Part shown: positions 14,001 through 28,933 of the stretch, piece by piece
Numbering within the stretch: position 1 is the stretch's first letter
Layout: the number at the start of each line of letters is the position of its first letter
Assembly: GCF_037042905.1 (NCBI RefSeq)
Contig: NC_087251.1
Span: 24,306,001 to 24,370,000, forward strand
Direction of reading: 5' to 3'
Length of the DNA: 64,000 bases
DNA from: Lytechinus pictus
Lineage: Eukaryota
Translations under genes and position numbers: made by a program
The notes under the pieces: generated by a model
Told to the model about the DNA's origin: nothing
Databases searched by the model: none
What the model saw: the letters and a program-made list of their open reading frames with translations, nothing else

Positions 14001-17000
14001 CAGAGGAAATGACCAAGAAAAGTTAAAGTAAGAATACTGACTTTCTGTTGTCAGGATATGGATGAAATATAGCATAGAGGATGTGGCGGTGGGCACAAAA
14101 GTTGTCATTGTAGTCAGAACAGAGAGCATTTTATCAAACCGTATAAAATTACGGGAGATTTTTAGTTCTCACTGTATAATGTAAATAAGAAACTGTATAA
14201 TCTGACGTGTTTAGTTGGTTTAATAGAAAAAAGGGAAAATGAAAGAACCCCCTTTTCGAATTATTATTTTTGTTTTGCCCTCATGTTTGCAGATATCTCT
14301 AATACTCTTGGTCCATACATTGGTCTTGAAGTAGAGACATATAAGACACTCTATTGTTATGATAGGATTTTTAATATGAAATTAGAATTTGAACCCCCCC
14401 CAAAAAAAATCAAAATACACCCACGAAAGTTGGCAATGTGTAGAAGTTATTGAGGGAAACGTAAGGGATAGCAGCTCCCAATTAACGTCACAGTCTAAAC
14501 AGTTTTAAATTTCAATACTCGTCAAACATTCATTGATGCTTTGTCTACTTTCCTACTGATGGAAATTATATTCAGAACCCACTCGACGATAATCATAATT
14601 ATGGTGCCTATCTGCCTATTTATTTTGGAGGAATATCAGTAAATTTGAATTAATGATTGCATGGAGACATTAACGCCATTTGCTGGCAAAGTGAATGTGT
14701 TGCGGAGGGTGGGGTCATCATTGCTCCCCCTCAATCCGCCTCTGATTATGCTGTATGACTTTTAACTCAAAACCAGACCCAATCAACCAGACAGTGGCCT
14801 ATGTGTTGAACTGTTTTGAAATATTACGCTCATTTAGGTTAATTTTGGCGTGGATCGAATGGGGGAAGGGGGCGAGCAAATAAATTAAACCACAATGAGC
14901 GTTTCCAAGAATTAAAACCACATTGAGAAATGAAAAGAATGTGCTAGCAAAATTTCGGAGTGATTTAACCATATGGGATCCAATGAGTTCATCAAAATAG
15001 GTAATGGTATATTAGAAATCACTGTCGAGGTCGCACAAAGTTAGGTTGTTGAATAGGACAAAAGAAATAATCATACTTTTTTTATGCAATTCGTAGTGAA
15101 ATTGACTGAAATCATGTGTGTAGACATAAAAATGCAATAAAAAAAACCCGAAATGGAAGGAAAGGAAATAACATAAAGGATTTTTTTAATAGAAATGTTG
15201 TCATGATAATTCGCTTCACAACAATCGATATAGAATTTAATATTACTTCGGTATCACATTTGGATTTGAATGATTAAAAGTGCAAAATAAGATATCTAAA
15301 ATAAGAAATGAAAATATAACAAAGAAAGAAAGGCTAACAGAGGTGATTAAAAAGAAAGGGGAAGACATAATGCACATGTTTTTTTTTCGGGGGGGGGGGG
15401 ACATGATAGGATGAAGGAAAGGGGGAAGGAACAGGGGAGAGTAAAATATAAAAAGAGGGGAGGGGGTAAAGAAACAGATTGGAAGAGAGATAGGAGACAG
15501 GGACAGAGAGAGGGGAAGAGAAGAGGAGTGGGAGGGATGAAGAAAAATGTCGATAGCAAAGGGTGACAAAGTAGATGAAAAGAAGAAATAAAACGCAAGT
15601 CTTGACGACAATACTATATGATTCAACTAATGAAGCAGTAATAAGATGTCTGATGGATGCTTGGTCGTGGGGAAAAAGAAACTGAGAAAGAAGAAGTGTA
15701 TTGTGTCTACGCTTCGTCTGCGGATAGTCTTATGAATATTGTTAGCTTTTGATGAAATTGTGGTTAGATGCTGGTCGATCAATGACCCTTAGGGAAGTGA
15801 ATGGAGTTCCTCTCAGCTGCGCAAATTTCAAACTTAAAGGTGGAGTTGAAGATTTCTATTTGAACCACAACTTTGGTACAATAAAAAAAAAACACGTTAC
15901 GTCGGAGGTTAAAACAGCTCTATAAATCATCGGTGACGTACTTGATTCGGAGAAAAGTCCCTGGTTGATTTTATGCGAAATAAAAGTCCACAATTCTTTC
16001 CCGCGCAAAATTTTACAAAGAAATTTATAATTATGTTAAAGACTGCAAGTGTGTCCGTTCTAAAGATAATATTCCCACTTCAGGGAGATCGAGATTGTCT
16101 CTAATTTTCGAGGAATCGAGAAATAAGAAGATATTACACACCATTACACAGTACAAACGCGGATTAAAATACAATGTCGCATTTTCCCTCCTTTTTGCAC
16201 TATAGTACTCGAGAAACATAGAGGCGGTCACCTACTCCCTGGCATCGCATCCCCCCTTACAAATTTTCTGTACCTCAGGAAAATCTCTATTTATTTTAAA
16301 ATGTTAGTTATTTTTGTTCCGGTTTATATTTATTACACTGATAAACAATTTATGATTGAATTTCGTTTTACCTTATTAGAATCATTGTAAACAGATGAAT
16401 AGAAAGAAAGAATATAATTTCAATCTACCTCAATTGTGTAAAAGCAGATCTGATGAGGAAAAAGAAGAAGACATAGCATTCGATGAAAGAAAGAAAATTA
16501 GGGAGACATCAGTATGAAATGGGATTTATAAGTCTATATACATTTCGATAAACGATCGTGTAAAAAATTCCATTCTTTCATCTTCTAGTATTGCGTGAAT
16601 GGTATCGGTCCTGTTTGTCATTTAATTAATATCGGTATATGGGAGTGACCTTCTAGAAGTGTTTGCCTAGTGATATAGTGGTAAGAATTATAAAAAAAGC
16701 TTCAACCCAATCCCAACTAATTAATCTTCTCTCACTGTCATCACGACGAATGGTGTAAATTAAGAGAGAGAGGGGGGAGGGGATAGTACTGAATATGCTG
16801 CATGATATTGGCATAGGCCTCCATAATTTTGTAATTGTTATGACGGCAAAGCTGTATAAAGGTGGTTTATTAGTTATGAAATACTTATATTTACTATTTT
16901 TTTCAATGCAATTTTAGGATGAAATTTGTAACTGGTGATGTTTGAAAATGCTGTAAAATAAATTGTGTGATTGCGATGAAAAACTAGCATTATCTTTTAA

Positions 17001-18510
17001 GATATACTGAATGTAAGTAAATTCGTTTCTAATCAATGTGAAATTTTAGTATAAAAATTACCTGCAGTTTCGTCTTCTTAAAAACAGTTGCCTGAAAATT
17101 GAGGGGAAGTGTGAACTTCAAGAAACTTCGGTTATAAAATTCACATATCTCAACTTGGCATTTTATACACAACATATTAAGAGTTTATAGAGGCATGTCT
17201 GGGGAGAAAAATAACCAGTTTCCATAACACATGACATGACACAAGTGCAATACACATTTCAATCGTTCCGTGAGTTTCATTGAAAGGAAAGACTCCACGG
17301 TCTTGTTCCCTTTGAACAAAAACTGGAGATAACATCAAATCGATCGCCAGTGCACTTTGATGTTTACTACTCAAAATATTTAACATTTCTTTCTTTGCGG
17401 AACTTACTTATGAAATCTTTATCGATTGGGAGAGGTCATCGAGTGTATTATTGGAAAATGGAATAAGAAGGTATCGCGATAAATCGAATTGTTTCCTCGT
17501 CGTATTTCAGGAAGTCACTGATAGGTATGATGTCATTTATTCCACTCTGATAATCTGGAGCGAAAACGGAAGTAATTCATGTATATCGATATGATGAACA
17601 TAGCACTATAAAATGAATAGATGCGACGGAGGATAGAGAGAGAGAAGGGGGGGGGGGGGTCCGAGAAACAGAGAGATGAGGATGGAGAGAAGAAGGGGAA
17701 AGGGACCTGCATGTCGATCACTTACCTATAAGTCTACATAGGAGAAGAGGAAATGGATGAGGGAGGAGATAAAAGCTATCTGTCAATCGGTGAAAAATGA
17801 AAACACGGTTGGGCATCTCTAATCATATTGCATTACGATTGAAGCACTCGTGTCCGACACGATACCATGGCCTTGAATAGAAAGGGATATATAGCAAAGA
17901 GACCGATGTATCGTACGTGACGTAAAAAGAATCGAACAGTGAATGGTATGATGACCGTCGATAGAGGGAAACATTTCGTTGCAATTCACGGCGCGGTTCT
18001 CAATCCGAGGGTTGCATCTCGACGCAATGTTTACATCGACAGTCCCGTGTTCGACACAATCTTCGAATACCATTCGGAAAACCTTCTTGACCGGCTGTAC
18101 AATGAATTATACAGAAAAAAGACGTTTGAATCTGTTCACATGCAGGATGGAGAAGGGAAAATGGGTGACCACCAAAAGGTATGTGAGACTGCCAAACCTC
18201 GACTGAGGTAAAACGCTGAAGAACTCATTTAGGTCACTCGTCGAGGTGTCCTGATAACGGAGTACGGAGACAACTTAAACAACCAGAGAAGATACAATAA
18301 AAATATGGCACAAGGAATAATGGGTAAGCAAGATTTAACCTTACAATTTTTATTTATTTACTCCTATGCACAGCCATTCCTTTCTGTAATGCGAGACTCG
18401 AAAAATTGCTTGAACTTGTAACAAACCCAAGGCAAAGCGACAGCCATTTTTTCCCCGTATGTTTAGACTTAAAGTGCAAGGTTTCGAACTCTGTAAAAGG
18501 CAAACATTAT

Positions 18511-18821
18511 GGCCAGTATTCTGAACTCAGGTTCAAATTAAACCCTGGTTTAAAGTTGTGGTTTAACCATGGAGAGCCAATTGGGGCACAAATTCCTAAC
18601 AGTCCACATCCAATTTATTAAATCATTTGACACTCAAATTGTTCATAATTGTCTGGGAATGATAACTGAAGTATTTTTCTTCATTATGAGAGCAACAGGA
18701 AAAAAATAGTAAACTTAAGAGATATACAACATAAACAGAAATTTTGAATTTTTGGCTCCCCATTATTTTTACACAGAGTTAACACAGAGTCTAAGTTAAA
18801 CCTGACTTCAGAATACGGGCC
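18511..18821. mobile_element. MITE with GGCC termini (PIF/Harbinger-like)
   Basis: GGCCAGTATTCTGAACTCAGGTT versus right end revcomp GGCCCGTATTCTGAAGTCAGGTT. TSD not clean. Confidence 0.7.
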
Positions 18822-21800
18822 AATGGCAACAACTCCAGCTAGGGCGTAATACGAAACAATGCTTAAAATCACAATCACACAAGTTAGTTCACTGTACTAT
18901 ATTTATTTTGAATGCACACGGGTTGCATTTCGTTATAGAGGCAGGTAGACCAGAGACCGGGATCAGAGAACGCAATTACATGGCTAAAACAGTCGATTTT
19001 TAATATAAAGGAATCTGAGATTTATAAAATAAATATTAATTTCAACATTCGAACAGGAAAAAATGTGGTCGAAATTATTACAAAAGTACAAGGAGAGTCC
19101 TAACCGCCACATACTTGCCAAGAAGAGAACACAATCGCCTAGATCGAAGCCAGTGATGATGTGGTGGCCCGATTGCTCAAGGATATGTGATGTTGCAGGA
19201 AGAGACGAAGGACACAGCCATAGGGTTTGCTCGATGAGTTGAGTAGATGATTCATTCTTGCCCGAAGTAGTGGTTCCTTGAGAAAGGGTTCTCATCAAGT
19301 ACTTGGTGACCGCTCCGAATTTGCGGTTCCTTGAGACGGATCCGAGTGTGCTTAGAGTGACCGCGAGAAGCATCCGTGTGGTCAATGGAACACTGAAGAT
19401 GGGAGTCATGGAAAGATAATGGATAGTAAAAGATAAAGAAAGGAAAGTCAGAGAGAGAGAGAAAGGTAGAGAGATTAGACATTATAATGCTGATGCCACA
19501 GTTTGTTGGCCTGAAATGTCCTTTAACCTTAATTTTGTGACGTGAAAGTCTTGTCATGACAGCTCCTCACTGAAATGCACCCTAAATCTACATAACCAAA
19601 TTCATGAAATTTGTAACCCTAAACGGTGTAACACAACATGTCGAAAGTCACCAAAGTAGCATGAATAGTGTACACTGTCAAAGAATTCTCATCATCTAAA
19701 ACAGGTAATTGTACAATACACAACCCAAAAGGGGCTCACTAAAACACTTAATACGGCCTAATTTAAAAATAATAGTCTTCTGAACAAACGTGAATATTGT
19801 ACCCTAAATGGCGTAATCCGCATATTCAAATTAGCAAACCTAAATGGCATGAAGAACGAGAAAAGGCCATCCTAAATGGCAATTGTCAGCAAAAGGTGCT
19901 GAAAAAGCAATCCCTCTTCCGTCGACGACGCTTGCTTTTTTTGTGCGTGAAACAGGGCAATTTTGACACTTTTCTGTACACTAGAGCGTTGCCGGCGATG
20001 TGACCCAGCACCCTCCTACCACCGCCCCCTCCGTGACGCCACCCCTGGCTGTTTATTATGAAATAGTAACATGTTTTAGTAAATGTGTTTTGTGATTTTA
20101 CACTTAATTCATTTTGGTAGATGTATATCCGAACCACAAAAAAAAATACATAGAGAGGGAGTGTGTGTCGGTGTGTGGAGAGCTTAACCTGATGATTAAT
20201 CATGTTAGTTATATAATTCCTTTATATTTGTGTCAATTTTTATCACAAATTATTGAATTTGATAAAAAAATGACGTATTTATTAACTTGATTTGAGCACG
20301 GTGTGCAATTCTTGTAAGGGTTCCCTTGTAGGACATCCTTTTTTTAAAGATCAAATTATATACATATATGTCTTAAATTTTGTACGTAAAGATTAGGCCC
20401 CCGAGAATCGGGGGTATCGAAATGAACTGCAAATTAAACAAAATCATTAACAACAAATAAAAACCCCCGAAATATTTCAATTCAAAACAAAATAAAACAC
20501 ACGAACAGGAGCTACCCTCAACTGCAGGGGTATTTTCATCGTCAAAACAGCTGTCTTCGTCAAGTCAAGTAATCGACATTTCGCTCACACCTCAACAAAA
20601 TGTGTTTTCACACCCGCGGCCCATTGTGATATAGATAAAGAAAAGGAAACTTATGGGATCAGCTAAATTTAGAAGCTGCCAAAGTGGTTCATCTTTCTTT
20701 TTAAGCCGTTGTCTATTCGAGACGCTATTGATCTCCAACTCCCGGTGTGGCTAGGGTCAAATCAGTTTTATTTTTAACAAGTATCATTATTCCCGCATAA
20801 TATTAGTGACCGACACCCCGAATTTTTAACAAATTCAAATACAATAGATTTGTACACTCGCTGCATGCTCGCTGCATCGCTTGCTTGCATTTTTTAACGA
20901 GTGCGTTACCTTCAAAACTTGGCACCCTCAAAATTGTTAGTTGTCTAGTCCTACATCTAAGATACTAGTAATGAAAAGATTATGAAGGAATAAGATGACA
21001 TTGTGAAAAATATACAAATATGGATATGGTGAAGGGGAAAATATTCATAATAACAACATTCTAATTTTTGCAATTAGCATGATCATGTACTAGTATTAGA
21101 ATGAATATAATTTCTTAACTAAAAGAACCCTTTTTAAACTAAAAAAAAAACCTGTTTCACCACGTGACTAATTTGGAGAACATATTATGTGTATGGCACC
21201 TATCCAAACTTGAGGATAATTAAAATTTTCATGGTCAGGCCAATCGACGTAAAAGAGTGATGATTGATTAAAGATAAAATAATAGGCTAAAAAATAGAAA
21301 ATTTCAGTGGGCAGAGTTTTGGGTTGAAAAAGTGTGATCCGTTCTATTTGTAACGGATTCTAAAATTATATTCTTATTTTTTAAATCATGTCAATCCACA
21401 ACGAAAAAATATTTACAAAAATACATAACCGCGGGGTCCCATAATTATAATGAGTGACGATAGTAGAGAAATTTGAAGTAGACAGGCATGAAACTTGATT
21501 GATTGATCGATTGGTCATGACAACTCATCTGTAAGTTGACTTCATTAGCTTATAACACGATTATAAATTATTGGCCTTAATATTTTCTTTAGGAGAGAAG
21601 CCTGCCTTAATTCAAAACAAGGTCGTTTTATATCTGCACGAGTAAAACTGATATTGATTATTTTTGTTGTTGAAAATAATCATTCAGTAAAAACATACTC
21701 GTGCCGGTTGCATAAATTATTAATTTTTCATTTTGCTCTTTCCAAGGTCACGTGTTTGATGTAAACAAGACGAGGAAGGTGGCGACTTGTACTGATAAAA

Positions 21801-24800
21801 CAATTCTAGATAATGTTTGCAATCACAAAAAAAAAATGTTGAGGTTTTATGGTAAACTTGTAATCTTTCTTTTACTATTTGCGGAACAATTCTGATTTTT
21901 TATCAAATCGTTGCGATAACGTTATTTCCACGGGTGTAGTATGGGTGAAGACAATTTGATCGGGTGAAATGAAAGGCTAATTCAGTTACTAGACTGTTAG
22001 TATGTGGATTATACACACTTTTATCATGTGTATGGAATAAAATATGAATTTTATAAATATATCAAAATTGTAATTTGCAATGAAAGAATAACAATCATAG
22101 CGAGTATAGATGACACAGAGTGATAATTAATCGAGAAAGCATATTCTTGAAAAAGAAACAATTTTTTTTTACAACAGTACTTCTCTGAAACAAATCGCCC
22201 ATTCATAATTCAAGAGAGAAATATGTTTCTGATACTGTATACGTGACTGTGTTATGAACCGATTGTGTTATTCTCTGCACGACTTTAATCCTTCTACGAA
22301 ATAGGCTATCAAGGTCTTGTATGGCCTCATTGACCATGCAAAACATCCTTTAGATGTCGTAGTAACAGTGGCCTTGGAACTTAAGTAGTAACCTCAAGTT
22401 GCAGTCTCCTTTCCACGATAAAATACCAGTTTAATTAGTATGTTGTATACGTCATAGAGGACGAAAGGCGCGACAGAACATTTGCAAAAGAAATGTTGAT
22501 TAAAAGTGATGTAACTGTCATTTCATCTCACGTTGGATCAAAGCCTATCAGATATTGATGAAGTGATTGTGAGCGGAGTGTGGATTTGTAGTCTAGGGTG
22601 ACGTAAGTGTGGAGCGATTGTGACGTCAGAGGACGCAAGATTTCATTCACATGGTGAGCAGATTTTTCATTCAAGTGAAAGTTGGCTTTCTTGCTTGGCC
22701 ATCGGCGAGGGGTGACGACGACGATGATGGTGATGACGATGAGCGCTAAAGGCCTCGCGAGCAATGAATAGAGACCGCTGGTCAAACATGAGCGGAGTGA
22801 AGAGGGATGATGAATGAACGAGGAATGAGTGAACGGTGGAACAGTGAAATAGAGAGATATAAAGAGAAAGAGTGAGGGAGGGGGAGAGAGATGAAGAGAC
22901 AGACAGACAGATTCACTCATTGTAAAAGAGGAAACAGATTGGAACGGTATGCTAGTTACCATTATGACTGCAAAGCAATGGAGGAGAACACAGATTTACA
23001 CATCATAATAGAAATCTTTTCCTGGCGCCTTGGTCCATGAAAAGCTCTTGAAAACCCGGGAAAGACTGGTTTGTCTTTTACATCACCCATCTCATCTCCT
23101 TCGTCCAATTCCCTCATTAAGGCATTCTCAAATGATCATACCAATCTTGATGAATACGTTCACATCTTCTAAAGACAGCAGGCTTAAAAACAAATTTAAA
23201 TAATCTACATAAGTTTGAAATCAAATCATACTGCCGACATACAATAAAAATGGAACGAATGAATGACGTCAATAAGAAAATAAGCAAAATGAATGTCGTG
23301 ATCCTACAATAATGGAAATTATTTTTTGACGGCACATATGACCTTGCATGTTAACGACCAATTTTGCTATAGTTGGTTGGCTTAAGATGGCGATATCAAA
23401 TTCATATGATTGATGGTGATTGGGAAGAAAAAACCCTGACGTGATAACTATTCTAATTGAGATTCGATAAAAGTACAATTACTGCATGTAGGTACAAATG
23501 AATATCATCAATATTTTGTTTTTATTGTGTTTGTTTTTTATTTTACTTTAATGCGGCATGTTGATAATGGGTAGGCCTATGTGTGTTGTGTGCGTGTGTG
23601 TGTGTGTGGGGGGGGGGGGAAGATAGGATTATAAATGACGTTCATAATAAATGAATGACAAGCTAATAATTCATATTGACCGTTGGGTGAACCCCTATGC
23701 AAGCAGTGATGATGGACAGTTTTGAAGACCAGTCGACCAGCGGGTGAGATACGGGTGATATGAACCAGCCTTCTCGCTATATATGAATTCAGCTGATCTA
23801 GGTCGATTAAAACATTGAAGACTGAACACACATGCTAGGGGTTTCCTATGTCAAAATCAATCTATTTCGCGAGACAAGTTTTTTTTTTCTGAATGACACG
23901 ATAGGGAATAATTTTGAGGAAGATGACATTGATGCTGGTGTGAAAATGTCAGAGCATCATGGCACTAGCAAAACAGCTACATATACTCATTCATCAACAT
24001 CATAGCCCGGTTTTTCTTTCCCTGTTCCACTGATAATTCCACTCTACCACATATACCACCACTATATTATAGCACCATTGCCACTACCACCACCACCAAC
24101 AACAACAACCCTTTCAACATCACTAACACCACTGTCAACATCAACACCATGCACCATCATTCTCACCATTCCCAGACAACCCAAATCCAAGCATCGTCAT
24201 CGTCACAACCACTGCCACAATAAAAGCTACTACCACTACCACCGCCACCATCAATATCGCAACCGTCATTGGTAACCACCATTTTCACTCACATCGTAAC
24301 CTTCTCATCTCGATAACACGAACAAGATGCTAACCTCTGTTCCTCTGCACATGTCATCGCAACGCCGAAAATTAGGCACCCTGCGCAAAGCTGAGCTAAT
24401 AATTAACTCGGTTACTCACCCATTCTCTTCTCCCTATCCTACTCAGTTTCTCCTGACATTTAAGGGGTTCTTACGTGAGATACAGACCCCCGGAGTAGCC
24501 GAAAGCCAAACCATGGTGTGCTCTAAACTTGGCCTCTTGCTATTTAAACTCTAATTATTGCGTGCCGATAAAAGAATTGGGGTTAATTAAAAGTTGGGAG
24601 CTAGCGGGTGTGTTTTCACAGTCCCCCGATCGAGATCGGCACATGGACATCAGATGTGGCGGCTTACAACAAGATTAATCTTCAATCTTTCACGCTAGAG
24701 GTGATCCACAACCAGCTAGGTTCCAATTTACCTCGTATTAAACCAGTGATTCGATATAATTGTGAACTGGATTTGATAAGTCTTCGTAGATATTTTCAAC

Positions 24801-24977
24801 GGGGCATCAACCTTTTACAACCTTTTTCTTTGGTCGGCGCCCCTAGGACGCACGATTATCTATTATCTACCATCTGGAACATCAAACATGACTAATTTTT
24901 ATGTATTCAAAGATGAGTATGCCTAGAATTTGAACGGTATATTGTTTAGCAAACATTAATATTTTGTCGTATATCAT

Positions 24978-25274
24978 TAATAATAATAATAATAAAATAA
25001 TAATAGGCATTTACATAGCGCCATCTATCTAGAAATATTCAATTCCGAGGCGCGTTGTTGTTATTATTATTACCCCGGCTTTAGCTCGAGCTGCCTTCAG
25101 CGCTCATGCATTCAAGGAATTAATCCTGCCAGGTACCCATTCACCTCACCTGGGTTGGGTGCAGCACAATGTGGATGAATTTCTTGCTGAAGGAAATTAC
25201 GCCATGGCTGGGATTTGAACCCACGACCCTCTGTTTTAAAGTCAGAAGACTAATCCAATGGGCCACAACGCTCC
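24978..25274 (-). mobile_element. tRNA-derived SINE
   Basis: Minus strand starts GGAGCGTTGTGGCCCATTGG (A box) ... GGGTTCAAATCCC (B box). Body contains CCCAGGTGAGGTGAATGGGTACC. Ends in a (TTA)n tail. Confidence 0.85.
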
Positions 25275-28200
25275 ACACTCCACATTAAAATAAGCCATGC
25301 CAAAAAAGGAGGGAATACCAGAAACAAAAGTATGTAAACTGACAATGATACTACTATACTAGCTACTACTACTACTACTGTTGTTGCTACTAATAAAGGT
25401 TGCTGTTGTTGCTTACTCTATCTGATGATGATGCTAATTGATGATAGCGAGAGAGTGAGAGGAGAATGAAAAGAAAAGAGCTACTGATTTTTTATTACAA
25501 AACTGACAATGAACAACATTCATCTGAAGACATTGTTTCACATACAAAATCATGACTGTCTTACTCATATAGACTATTTTTATTTCATTTTATTATTTTG
25601 TTTTACGGCGAAACAATAATTTTAAACCAGATATAGTATATGGTTCAATATAGTTATAAAACAAGATGCTGTAAAAGAAAAATGGAGGTACTGACGGGGT
25701 GAGAACAGGGAAGAAGAAACTTTAAGAGGGGAGAGGAAGATAAAAGGTGAACATGGTGAATGAAGGCAGATAGAAAAAGATGGGGTGTAGACAGAGGCAT
25801 ACACATAGAAACAGAGGAAGACAGAAATGAGTGAGAGGGGGAGGAGAGGGAGAGAGACAGACAGAGAAAAAGAAAGAGAGGAGAGATAAGAGAAGGGTCA
25901 TTATAATCACGGTCATGCAATTTTGATTGATGACCTTAGACGGGTGGACAGGGGTTGCATCAAGTTCAATGACATTTTGACTTCGAATGCAGTATCGATA
26001 AGCATAATGAATTAGGACTTTATTTGCATGAATCTATGTTGTTCTTCTTTTGTTTTCAAACAATAATTCAATGCCATAGCAGGAAAATGGTCGCACACAC
26101 AAAATAATCTACCGAATTCTTGACTGATGATGGGGGGGGGGGGGGGGGGGGTGAATGATATAGACTTACATGATGGTGACTGCGAACAGGCAAATGACGA
26201 TGGGATTCCAAATATCAACTTTTTTTTTACTTTTCCATGTTCATGATGTCTGAGCCCTGCAAAGAGATTGGGGGAGGGAAAGAGCAAATGAGAGAAAGGT
26301 TAGGTTATGTGCCTTGTATATATGGAGCGATTCAGCTTTCAATATTGTTTTGTCAAAAATGAAAGTGGTCAGACATCATTGCTTTTTAAAATAAGATATA
26401 AACAGCTCTGTAGGCCACAATGAATGTTCACGGCGCCAATTCCAAATGACTTCTATAAAATAGAAATCAACAAAAGCTATACAGTTATTCGTAAGGGATT
26501 TTATTAATAATCAAAATAAAATCTCTATTCATAATTTTGTTTTTATATTCGAAGTATCATCATTAAAAACCGTTTTCTTGTTCTAATCACGACTATGAAT
26601 GTGTATAATGACAAACCGAGCTTCTTTTTAATCAGAAAATGATTAATGATTCATTATTTTGTGCCATTATGAATAATGGTCTTGAAGGAGGGTAAATCTT
26701 GTGAATAATAGAGGGATATTAATGAAGAGCGAGCATGTTTCAAGACCGGACCAATCACCACAAGGAGAAGGTTGTTTGTAGCTGGTGAACAATAAGTGAA
26801 TATCAATCTGCATATGTTGTATTCATTTGTGTTTCTATCACTTATTGAATGAGTATTCCTGTGTGGGTCTAGGGGCGCGCAAGACCAAAGGGCTTTGTTC
26901 TTTGCATGTCCATTTTTTAAGACTCTTCCAATTTGTTTTATATGCTTCTCATTTTTGGGCTGGAAAATGCTACCCTGTAATGGGTGATCACCATAAGAAA
27001 CACGGGAAATTTACCTCGTAAGTGGTGATTACATTTTTTTTGCATTTCAAAATGTTTTTTTCCGGAAATGTCACCCTGTATTGGTTTATCACATTTTTTT
27101 TTGCTCGTCGAACTTAAAAAAAAACAAAAAAACACCCCAACCTTGAAATTATGAATCTTTAACTAGTAAACTATACAATAGGATTTTCTTTTGCCCCCCC
27201 CCCCAAAAAAAAAAAAGAGCAATCGGCTCAACAACATAAGCTTAAAACAATCTAACTCAATGCCAGAATACAGTAATATTTAAAGTCACATTACTAGTAA
27301 TGTAAAGCCAGGTATCAACAATTTATTTCCTTTCCAAAAGGAAACATTAACCCCACCTACTTCGATCAACAAAAGAAAATGGTGTAATCTAATTTTTATG
27401 GATACGGAGAAGCCTACTAAAATAGATTGATGGGCTGTGGATGATATCACATTATCTTGTTATCACGATAACATATTCATCAAATAAATATATTCACTAT
27501 TTAAAATTAGGACTTTAATGATATTTTACGTCAGCTACCTTGGAAAACTTTAATTTTTAGCTATGAATATTATAATGGCACCTGCCTATAAGCGAGTTAA
27601 TAAGTTTAACTATATATTTCGCCACATTTAATAAGGTTTAATTTCATTATAGGATTGTAACGCAGTCAGTTTCAGTTCGTAATCACGTCACGACATAATA
27701 AAGGGAGAGAAAGAGAAAGACGGTGAGAAACTAGTATCTGGGGGAAATACCTCTAATGAAGTTCTTTTTATAGCCTTTGTAAAGTCCAATAATTATTACA
27801 CATTAACTAATTTTATCAATGCATACTTTAAATGGGGTAATTGGGTCGATTAAAAAAAAAATCCCAACTGAAATGGACTTGTGTTTTAATAATTGAAATA
27901 AACCAGTATCCAATATCATTTATGATTTAATTTCACGCAAGCGTGTGGGTGTGTGTGTGTATTTGAGTTTCGTCAGACGTGTATCAATCAAGCCTATATA
28001 TTCAAGATTTTTATAGGGGGGGGGGGGTATGTTCACATGACTCCCTATCCAATACATATATTATACATGCTATAAACGGAGGCACGCGATAGGGTCATGT
28101 CCTCATTATCAGCGCCTCCGAGGAGGGATAATAATAACTGGAGTCAAAAGTTCATTAGGACCCCTTGCTTTCTTTCTCTCCTACACGACTAACGAGCACT

Positions 28201-28777
28201 GGACATTCTTGACATTATCGACAGTAACAGTTGTCATTGATCTTGGCTAACTTGAACGAGACCATAGGACATTGGGCTATGTAGACACGAACCCTCATGC
28301 TGCACACAGTCGACTAGGTATAAAATTATAATAGGCGCACAAACCAATTTTTCATATTTATTTAGTAAAACATTACTTATCATTCTTGACTTGACTGGTT
28401 CGTATTTATTTTAACATTCTGTTGGTTTCAATGATCGTGAGAGGGGCATGATAAACATCCCATGTGACTTATGACAATAAATGTATGTGACCCCACAAGT
28501 ATAATTATGTCAAATAATAATAGAGGATTTGTTGAGAGCGCAATGAAGATAAAATGTCTGAGGAATCGAACCCCAATCCTTCGAGTTGCCGCATTCTTGT
28601 ACCACTCGACCACATTATCCGATTATACGTCAACTTCGCAAGTGCGTCGTTCTTCTCCATGCAACAAAAGAAAGGGAATCCGGGAGAATTCGAATTCTTC
28701 AATCGTGAATGTCTTATTGACGATGTTTATTTCCGCTTGAAACCATTAAAATTGCGTGGGCTTACTACTGAGAATTG

Positions 28778-28933
28778 CTTGCATCAGATTTACGTACACA
28801 AGCAAGATTGCATCATACCGAGCGCTAGCTATATATAGCCTTCCGATGACAGGCCAATCAGAGCACGCGTTTCAGAAACAAAACAACGAGCGTCTATATG
28901 ACATCGCGCACCATTGGCTGTAGGGTACGTCAC
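28778..28933 (+). promoter_or_regulatory. Putative CHAC1 proximal promoter: two C/EBP-ATF (CARE/AARE) sites, two CCAAT boxes, CRE-like site
   Basis: CTTGCATCA 28778-28786 and ATTGCATCA 28807-28815 (TGATGCAAG and TGATGCAAT on the minus strand). GGCCAATCAG 28852-28861. CCATTGGCTG 28911-28920. GTACGTCAC 28925-28933. CpG-rich context 280-435 bp upstream of the ATG. TSS not determined. Confidence 0.65.

Noticed and set aside
25200..25274. Functional tRNA gene
   Set aside because: A/B boxes are followed by a SINE body and a (TTA)n tail, so it is a tRNA-derived SINE head.
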